Shown: one piece after another, positions 60,501-64,000 of the stretch
How positions within the stretch are numbered: position 1 is the stretch's first letter
Layout: each line of letters opens with the position of its first letter
Assembly (NCBI GenBank): GCA_030390025.1
Contig: CM059426.1
Coordinates: 74,152,001-74,216,000 of the forward strand
Length of the DNA: 64,000 bases
DNA from: Squalus acanthias
Taxonomy: Eukaryota
Direction of reading: 5' to 3'
Translations under genes and position numbers: made by a program
The notes under the pieces: model-generated
What the model saw: only the letters and a program-made list of their open reading frames with translations
What the model was told of the DNA's origin: nothing
Databases searched by the model: none

Positions 60501-62466
60501 TGTACCTTTTTGGTGGCAGATTCCAGCGGTCCCGTTAAGAACCATGGTTAGGCCGCTTATAGACCACATTTTCCCCAAACGCAGCCGGCCTGGCGCCGGC
60601 TATGTTCAGTACAGCCCAATTTTGCAAAAGTAGACTGAAACAGGTATGAGATCTCCTATTTGCTTTTGCAGTGGGCCGAATGCTTGTTCCAAGCACGGGA
60701 CCGGGACACCTCTTTTTCTGCCTTTACCAATATGGCAAGCGGCGCACTTCCAGCACGTAATGAGCATACGCACTTCCCTGCCATACTGGATGCTTAGGTG
60801 CCTGTTTTCACCTGAAAAACACCATCAAATTTCTAGGCCACTAAGTCACTAGCAGTAGCATGATTTTATTAAATCCTCAAACTGAAGGCTCCCTTTGTAA
60901 TCATTGATATTTTTAAATGTCACTCTCTATATTCCAGCAACCACAAAATGTATTTTGGAATAGCCTGAAAATGAAAATGAAGCTATCTTCTTTAATAAAA
61001 ACTTGACAAGGTGAGCAAACCTTTGATTTTATCCAAATGTTTTCATTAAGAAAATATTTCACAATGCATAGTACATTAAGTGGTGCCTGTGCAAATGCTC
61101 CACTGAAAGAATAATCAGACTAACTGACATTTACCACACTGTAAAATATGTGGCAATTACAGAAACAAATGTAAAATGCAGTATGTGAAGGCCACCAGAT
61201 AAAATTCTCATCCATAGTCTATATTGTTTGGAAACAGAATGCAATGTCTCTCCAACACTCTACATTATGTTGAAATAAATAGAAAGAAAAATGACTTTAA
61301 ACCTAGTTTAGATTGCTAATGAAGTTTGGACAAGCTCTAAATGTAGCAAAATATAGATTATGGCATCAGAGCTATGTGCAAACATAACATAACATATCTC
61401 ACTTTTCACAACAGATTGCTGTTTACTGTTAAATGGCCAATAAGCTATCTTTCTTTCACCCTTGTTGCATCATACCAGAACACTGCAGTGAGTATTTCTG
61501 TTTGTCGCAGTTCTAAATAATCTGTGTTAAGATATGCACTAAGAAATTACATAACTGATCAAAGTGAGAGCACTTGCCCCATTTTAATTTTAAAGTGAAC
61601 ATCTGTATTTGTTGAACAGAATATGAAATGTAACTTCCAGATGACAGTTAAATTGTGATGTTTATGACAATTATCTATGTGGGTTATATAAAAATTCCAA
61701 TTACATCTTGATCACTGCTATAACCATTAATGAGGCCAGTCAACCAACTGTTCACATTATATGCAATTCACATTGCATAATAATTTCAAGTGTCAGACTA
61801 GCTGTTCACACCGGTCATGCACGAGAGGAAGTGAAAAAAACATCAATACACTGGGAAGGCGAGAATGAGTAAAGATTTGTGTTGGTAATATACTAATCTC
61901 GGATAAATATTTACCCACATAACACTTTTCATTTCTTTTTCTTTCTAAATTTTAGTTGCTGTGAAGATTTCCTACAGGAGTCCTTCACAAAGCCCTATTT
62001 GTCGTCATTTTCAGCAGCCCCAAGTGAAACAGATGTGCTGCAGTGAAGAAAGTCAAGAGGATTTCTTGGCAATACATCCACTGCCCAGCAATGGAGCCCA
62101 TGTTCGTGGTCCCTTCACAAACCTATTGTGGGCTAGCCGTCAATTTTTCTTAGCCTCGGCTGAAGTAATTGCTAAACACTCACTCCTAATGTGGTGTGGA
62201 TGCAAAGTACGGGGGTCCCGTGTACCAAATATAAAAAAGATGTTCAAAATTAAAGACCCCAAAATCTTGTCTACGTAAACCGCATCAGATTAAGCTGAGC
62301 AGATAGCTGAAATACGAATTATTTTACATTTAAATAAGACTTAATAATAAACATCAATAATTTATGTTTAGAGAAAATCTTTAAAGCAAACAAATGATAC
62401 TCACCTCAAGGATATGCTCCGCCTGCTGTTCTCGGTCTAGTTTTCGTGATGTTGTTGTAATCAACC
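3397..62466 (-). CDS. FAT1: FAT atypical cadherin 1, partial spliced CDS (15 exons, extracellular cadherin repeats); gene continues beyond both window edges
   Basis: The exons below all have AG/GT boundaries and join in frame (sum 6971 nt). Tandem cadherin motifs LDRE/LDYE, DxNDNxP and AxDxD recur throughout. The segment [71 protein letters not shown] matches FAT1 rather than FAT3 as I recall those proteins. Confidence 0.95.
3745..4480 (-). mobile_element. L2 LINE 3' portion, degenerate
   Basis: [25 protein letters not shown] resembles the L2 ORF2 C-terminus; L2-type 3' tail near 3745-3800. Confidence 0.7.
5394..5537 (-). CDS. FAT1: FAT1 exon (~exon 17), 144 nt, [14 protein letters not shown]...YSVIIQ
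   Basis: Manual translation; acgtag|ATT acceptor, CAG|gtaaga donor. Confidence 0.93.
5888..6025 (-). CDS. FAT1: FAT1 exon (~exon 16), 138 nt, [16 protein letters not shown]...LDREK
   Basis: Manual translation; ctgtag|GTC acceptor, AAA|gtaagt donor. Confidence 0.93.
6444..7350. mobile_element. Nested MITEs: outer element 6444-7350 interrupted by a GC-rich MITE at 6532-7249
   Basis: Outer TIR GGGGTGAAATGGCTCT / AGAGCAATTTCACTC; inner element homologous to 11105-11754. Confidence 0.7.
7795..8115 (-). mobile_element. Second CR1-superfamily LINE lineage: 3' UTR plus RT C-terminal piece, with internal deletion
   Basis: Minus-strand [22 protein letters not shown]-like peptide; related 3' tail on + strand at about 17255-17370. 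Confidence 0.65.
8130..10225 (+). mobile_element. CR1 LINE ORF2 (endonuclease + RT) with 3' tail, degenerate, internal deletion near 8928
   Basis: [28 protein letters not shown] and KFADD motifs; tail gggccgaatggcctccttctgtgccgtaaatttctatgattct. Confidence 0.93.
11105..11754. mobile_element. GC/CpG-rich MITE, same family and orientation as 6532-7249
   Basis: Shared blocks aaaattagcgcc, ccaagaggga, cttaaaggg, gatgtcat and tgaattt(t/c)gcggg; ends AATTTTTAGGCC. Confidence 0.7.
12177..12391 (-). CDS. FAT1: FAT1 exon (~exon 15), 215 nt, [11 protein letters not shown]...GQLVVT
   Basis: ORF 12138..12404; catcag|GT acceptor, ACA|gtatgt donor. Confidence 0.94.
12560..12949 (-). CDS. FAT1: FAT1 exon (~exon 14), 390 nt, LNRKVLYSL...FSIDANT
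   Basis: ORF 12549..12947; aaatag|GC acceptor, ACAG|gtattt donor. Confidence 0.95.
15208..17250 (-). mobile_element. CR1 3' segment (RT C-terminus and tail) split by the hAT composite insertion
   Basis: Tail 15208-15259 resumes at 16412; KFADD at about 17222-17238; same subfamily as 44500-44935 and 55140-56470. Confidence 0.88.
15260..16411. mobile_element. Composite non-autonomous hAT insertion
   Basis: Termini CAGGGGTGGGCAA / TTGCCCACCACTG; 8-bp TSD AATTAGAT at 15252-15259 and 16412-16419. Confidence 0.85.
17673..17906 (-). CDS. FAT1: FAT1 exon (~exon 13), 234 nt, [12 protein letters not shown]...ATDPDT
   Basis: ORF 17644..17901; tattag|GT acceptor, ACAG|gtaaga donor. Confidence 0.94.
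18281..19013. mobile_element. MITE, PIF/Harbinger-like
   Basis: TIR GGCCTGGAATTTGCGG / CCGCAAAATCCGGGCC flanked by ATT on both sides. Confidence 0.8.
19054..19207 (-). CDS. FAT1: FAT1 exon (~exon 12), 154 nt, [15 protein letters not shown]...FRLDPGT
   Basis: Manual translation; ttttag|ACA acceptor, ACTG|gtgaga donor. Confidence 0.93.
19260..19300 (+). mobile_element. CR1 extreme 3' tail remnant
   Basis: ggcctactcctgctcctaattcttatgttcctatgttctt, the reverse complement of the CR1 tail at about 52445-52485. Confidence 0.7.
19626..20020 (-). mobile_element. Non-autonomous Helitron-like element, copy 1
   Basis: Co-linear with 45995-46385; minus-strand 3' hairpin tctccatg...catgggaga followed by CTTG. 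Confidence 0.65.
20310..20800 (+). mobile_element. Old CR1 3' fragment
   Basis: Degenerate YCVQFWAP-like segment and tail taggctgaatggcctttttcttg. Confidence 0.65.
22545..23610 (+). mobile_element. CR1 3' end interrupted by a GC-rich MITE (22703-23503)
   Basis: CR1 text gaatagaaggat resumes at atatgttgatgggg; MITE ends GGGGGCGATTTT / AAAATCCAGCC. Confidence 0.7.
23811..24007 (-). CDS. FAT1: FAT1 exon (~exon 11), 197 nt, [18 protein letters not shown]...[11 protein letters not shown]
   Basis: Manual translation; tttcag|GA acceptor, AAG|gtaagt donor. Confidence 0.93.
24065..24518 (-). mobile_element. Near full-length Deu-domain SINE (SacSINE1/DeuSINE-like): tRNA-derived head, Deu core, L2-type tail
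   Basis: B-box gggttcaagtccca; core gatgagacgttaaactgaggccccgtctg...gtggacgtaaaagatcccatggcact; tail gtgaaaggtgctatataaatgcaagtctttc. Confidence 0.85.
24745..25080 (-). mobile_element. Old tRNA-derived SINE copy
   Basis: Homologous to 2705-2985, 47530-47800 and 59990-60308. Confidence 0.55.
26863..27340. mobile_element. GC-rich MITE hosting a nested hAT MITE
   Basis: Ends GGGAGGTGGAAATT / CCAATTTCTAACC. Confidence 0.55.
26972..27134. mobile_element. 163-bp hAT MITE of the CAATGTTCCC family
   Basis: TIR CAATGTTCCCTTTAA / TTAAAGGGAACATCG; TSD GCCTTGGG / GCCTCGGG. Confidence 0.85.
27643..31713 (-). CDS. FAT1: FAT1 giant exon (~exon 10), 4071 nt, about 13 cadherin repeats
   Basis: The 1322-aa ORF 27617..31585 extends upstream to tcgcag|GA AAT GCT; donor ACAG|gtaagg; length divisible by 3 (phase 1-1). 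Confidence 0.97.
31809..32172. mobile_element. MITE, family shared with 56707-57350
   Basis: Common end gttaggcgccc...cgatccaatttctaggcc. Confidence 0.65.
32832..33141. mobile_element. MITE
   Basis: Ends GGGGTAATTT / AAAATCTCCCC, GC-rich interior. Confidence 0.5.
33440..33555 (+). mobile_element. Penelope-like element terminal repeat remnant with a decayed hammerhead core
   Basis: ctgatga-agggaatgcagct-gaaac followed by cagatgctgactgactggttgggtatttttccaacatttc. Confidence 0.55.
33610..33820 (-). CDS. FAT1: FAT1 exon (~exon 9), 211 nt, [15 protein letters not shown]...TYTIES
   Basis: ORF 33554..33784; ctcaag|GTT acceptor, TCGG|gtaatg donor. Confidence 0.94.
35600..35875 (-). CDS. FAT1: FAT1 exon (~exon 8), 276 nt, [15 protein letters not shown]...[14 protein letters not shown]
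   Basis: Manual translation; tttcag|GTA acceptor, ATG|gtgagt donor. Confidence 0.93.
38535..38950 (+). mobile_element. L2 LINE 3' fragment
   Basis: LQLIQNSA and LADLHWF-like coding remnants; tail cttgggatatttttcatcattaaagg. Confidence 0.7.
38990..39162. mobile_element. Short palindromic MITE
   Basis: ttcccaatccctgccatagcttca ... tgaagtgatggtaggagattgggaa fold-back. Confidence 0.6.
40503..40642 (-). CDS. FAT1: FAT1 exon (~exon 7), 140 nt, [46 protein letters not shown]
   Basis: Manual translation; acccag|GT acceptor, CAG|gtaatt donor. Confidence 0.93.
40987..41716. mobile_element. MITE, PIF/Harbinger-like, same family as 1-312
   Basis: TIR GGGCCTGAATTTGC / GCAAAATACGGCCC, flanks AAT/ATT; hairpins at 41186-41241 and 41574-41601. 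Confidence 0.8.
42147..43246. mobile_element. 1.1-kb MITE, PIF/Harbinger-like
   Basis: TIR GGCCCTGAATTTGCGGTCGG / CCGACCGTCAATTCAGGACC, flanks ATT/AAT. Confidence 0.75.
42957..43060. repeat. 52-bp perfect tandem duplication
   Basis: aatcctgttttatgaatctcctctgtttcctgattgactaagagtcaggaag x2. Confidence 0.92.
44500..44935 (-). mobile_element. CR1 3' fragment
   Basis: Co-linear with 55140-55600 and 16412-16820. Confidence 0.85.
45995..46385 (-). mobile_element. Non-autonomous Helitron-like element, copy 2
   Basis: Minus strand begins A|TCTATATATTAAAAGTC and ends with hairpin tcccacatgtgataccatggga plus gattgaCTAG; no TIR or TSD. Confidence 0.72.
46856..47038. mobile_element. Short palindromic MITE
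   Basis: GGGTGATTC / GAATCACCC ends; inner gtgattttt..ccatta..taatgg..aaaaatcac. Confidence 0.6.
47530..47800 (+). mobile_element. Old tRNA-derived SINE copy, abutting the pseudo-exon
   Basis: agaccaggaagatcctaggt head; cagggtttctgctcctgattgctatcca and gtcaaatagcc blocks are the reverse complement of the other copies. Confidence 0.55.
47783..47915 (-). pseudogene. Decayed partial tandem duplicate (pseudo-exon) of FAT1 exon 6
   Basis: Aligns to about 48208-48353; [25 protein letters not shown] vs [25 protein letters not shown]; 4-nt frameshifting loss, no acceptor. Confidence 0.88.
48153..48363 (-). CDS. FAT1: FAT1 exon (~exon 6), 211 nt, [13 protein letters not shown]...LWFDIT
   Basis: ORF 48121..48354; tgacag|ATA acceptor, ACTG|gtaagg donor. 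Confidence 0.95.
48520..48890 (-). mobile_element. L2 LINE 3' fragment
   Basis: PTPWNALP...[14 protein letters not shown] on the minus strand resembles the L2 ORF2 end. Confidence 0.65.
49307..49880. mobile_element. GC-rich MITE fragment
   Basis: Starts GGCCTAGAATTTGG, resembling the reverse complement of the ends at 32172, 57350 and 60839. Confidence 0.55.
49942..50271 (-). CDS. FAT1: FAT1 exon (~exon 5), 330 nt, [12 protein letters not shown]...GEYDILT
   Basis: ORF 49903..50271; taacag|GTG acceptor, ACA|gtgagt donor. Confidence 0.95.
52060..52275. mobile_element. Penelope-like inverted terminal-repeat remnant
   Basis: gatgctagaaatttgaaacaaaaacagaaa ... tgaagggtctccacccagaatgt ... tattttccatttc; inverted arrangement related to 33440-33555. 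Confidence 0.45.
52440..54185 (-). mobile_element. CR1 with 5' UTR and ORF1 (Zn finger/coiled coil + SGNH esterase) joined directly to the 3' end; nearly all of ORF2 missing
   Basis: CRNC...CSKC near 53910-53830; [17 protein letters not shown] and DRLHLN at 53007-53537; ORF2 tail [16 protein letters not shown]...[14 protein letters not shown] at 52542-52772; (ttcttagg)n tail. Confidence 0.88.
55140..56470 (-). mobile_element. CR1 LINE RT-to-3' fragment
   Basis: DFQKAF, GVPQG and KFADD motifs; [17 protein letters not shown]; 3' tail. Confidence 0.9.
56707..57350. mobile_element. GC-rich MITE
   Basis: Ends GCGGTAGATTTT / AATTTCTAGGCC; shares its 3' end with 31809-32172. Confidence 0.65.
58432..59036. 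mobile_element. GC-rich MITE with poly-G
   Basis: Ends GGGGGTAGATTTT / GAAAATCCCTC. Confidence 0.55.
59040..59650 (-). mobile_element. Very old CR1-type 3' fragment
   Basis: caggccattgaaccatcaa tail; minus-strand [15 protein letters not shown] resembles the CR1 ORF2 end. Confidence 0.5.
59990..60308 (-). mobile_element. Old tRNA-derived SINE copy
   Basis: aggctatttt, cactggatagtgatca and cagaccaggaatataacctaggtctttctgg blocks. Confidence 0.55.
60310..60839. mobile_element. GC-rich MITE
   Basis: Ends ttaggtgcctgttttcac...AAATTTCTAGGCC|ACT. Confidence 0.55.
62405..62466 (-). CDS. FAT1: FAT1 exon (~exon 4), 62 nt, [21 protein letters not shown]
   Basis: ttgcag|GG acceptor, GAG|gtgagt donor; LDRE motif; not in the ORF track. 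Confidence 0.92.
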
Positions 62467-63189
62467 CTGCAAATCCAAACAGACACATTACAGAACCTCT
62501 GTAAAGATTCGAATCCAGATATTATTGTGCATGATAAATAAGTACCAATTAATATTTCAGATTAATTTGACCGGTTTAGTGTCAGAAATGTCTATATGGA
62601 GTGAAAACAAAATATAGCTGAAAAGAAATAATCCTGGACATTCAACATTTTCAAAACTAGTGAGTATTCTGATTTCACGTACAGATCAGATCCAAGTTGT
62701 CTCGATCACCTTTGATAAGACAAGACGTACTCCATTCAGACTACCATTCAGCTTAAACACTGAATTTTTACAAACTCTGATGGAATATTTCCTACATTTT
62801 CCAACTTCACACTAATTTAAAATCATACGCAGCGCGCACCCATGTTTCTGGTGCACGCTTTTGAAAGGCCAGGCTTTCTGCAGGAGCACAATGCTGGTAG
62901 TATTATTAAAATGAGAAAGTTTGGCATCAATGGCGGATCACTGTTTAAATCATTGAAAGGAGAGAGAGCAGCGCTGTATTTTACCAGAATATATTAAACT
63001 GTTTTCAAGAACAGTGCACAAGTAAAGCTCTTCAAATTAGCTTCTTTTGATGTACTACTGAGACATGTTAGCCAAGCCACAACTCCTTTACTTCCATATC
63101 GACATTTTGTGGAGTCTGCCATGTTCACGAAGGTTATCATTCTTTCAGTGATTTCCTATTGTCATAGCAAACGAATGTTAAACTCAGTA

Positions 63190-63569
63190 CAGGAAACTCT
63201 TTATTAACCGGCAACGATGGGACCGGCGTGGTGCCAGTTTATCGAAAGTACCGGATAACGGAGAGTTATATCTACCGAGGCTATTTTTAACAAAGAAAAA
63301 TAAATAAATCAAGAAATGTGCAGTATACAGTATTTGGGTACTTTTGAAAACTACCCCTACTGACTAAATCGGCGTTCGCGGACACGGACTCGGGATCGGC
63401 AACATTGCCGGTCATTTGAGAGGAGTTTTCGGAGCACTCGCCGTTCGCGGAGACTCGACTGCGACTCGGCAACATTGCCGGTTATTTGAGAGGAGTTTTC
63501 GGAGGATGATTTTTGCCGGTTAAGCGAGAATTCCGGATATTTGGGTGCCGGATAAACAAAAGTTTCCTG
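63190..63569. mobile_element. Tc1/mariner (Tigger/pogo-type) MITE
   Basis: TA|CAGGAAACTCTTTATTAACCGGCA ... TGCCGGATAAACAAAAGTTTCCTG|TA; internal ~70-bp tandem duplication at 63374-63504. Confidence 0.85.
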
Positions 63570-64000
63570 TACCAAGCAACTGCAAAGTCACACAAAATAA
63601 ATGCTTCCTTCAGGATAAATGGAAAATATGCTTTTCAAATAACAAAACTTTATACAAATATCCAAACAGCACAGCAAATTAACTCATTCTCTGCACACAT
63701 ACACACCAACAAAAATAACATTTAAATCTATTACACCAAATAACAGGAGGGCATACTCCAGGTAACTAAAAGATTCCTAGTTTGTTGCCATTTTAACAGT
63801 TTAGACAAGCACATTTTAACAGCAAAACATACCAAAAGCAATGAAAGAAGCTAATTCGGTAGTACATCAAAAGAAACAAATTTGAAGAGCTTTGCTTGTG
63901 TACTGCTCTGCAAAACAGTTTCATACATTCAGGTAAAATACAGCACTACCATCTCTTTTCAAATGAACTGCCATCAGAAACTAAGTAATTGAGTGTTCAC

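Noticed and set aside
63374-63504. CRISPR-like repeat-spacer-repeat
   Set aside because: There are only two units and the intervening sequence is also duplicated; it lies inside a Tigger-type MITE in a vertebrate intron with no cas genes.

Overview
This is a eukaryotic (vertebrate) genomic window. The repeat families (CR1 and L2 LINEs, a Deu-domain SINE, GC-rich MITEs, Penelope-like remnants) point to a cartilaginous fish, probably a shark. The whole window lies inside one minus-strand gene, the atypical protocadherin FAT1. I traced 15 consecutive GT-AG coding exons from 62466 down to 3397 (6971 nt, about 2320 aa of extracellular cadherin repeats), with consistent reading phases. They include the giant 4071-nt exon and correspond to exons 4-18 in human numbering as I recall it. 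The introns are dense with transposon relics. I see no bacterial-type or otherwise new protein-coding system. The most unusual structures are: (1) a composite hAT insertion with an 8-bp TSD, both ends duplicated in inverted orientation and an inverted copy of its own flanking DNA, suggestive of alternative transposition; (2) a decayed tandem duplicate of FAT1 exon 6; (3) two copies of a ~390-bp non-autonomous Helitron-like element with a long internal hairpin; (4) a CR1 carrying only ORF1 (Zn-finger/esterase) fused to its 3' end; (5) a 67-bp hAT MITE; and (6) a decayed hammerhead-ribozyme core of Penelope type. Coordinates were counted by hand; repeat boundaries are approximate unless a TSD is quoted.
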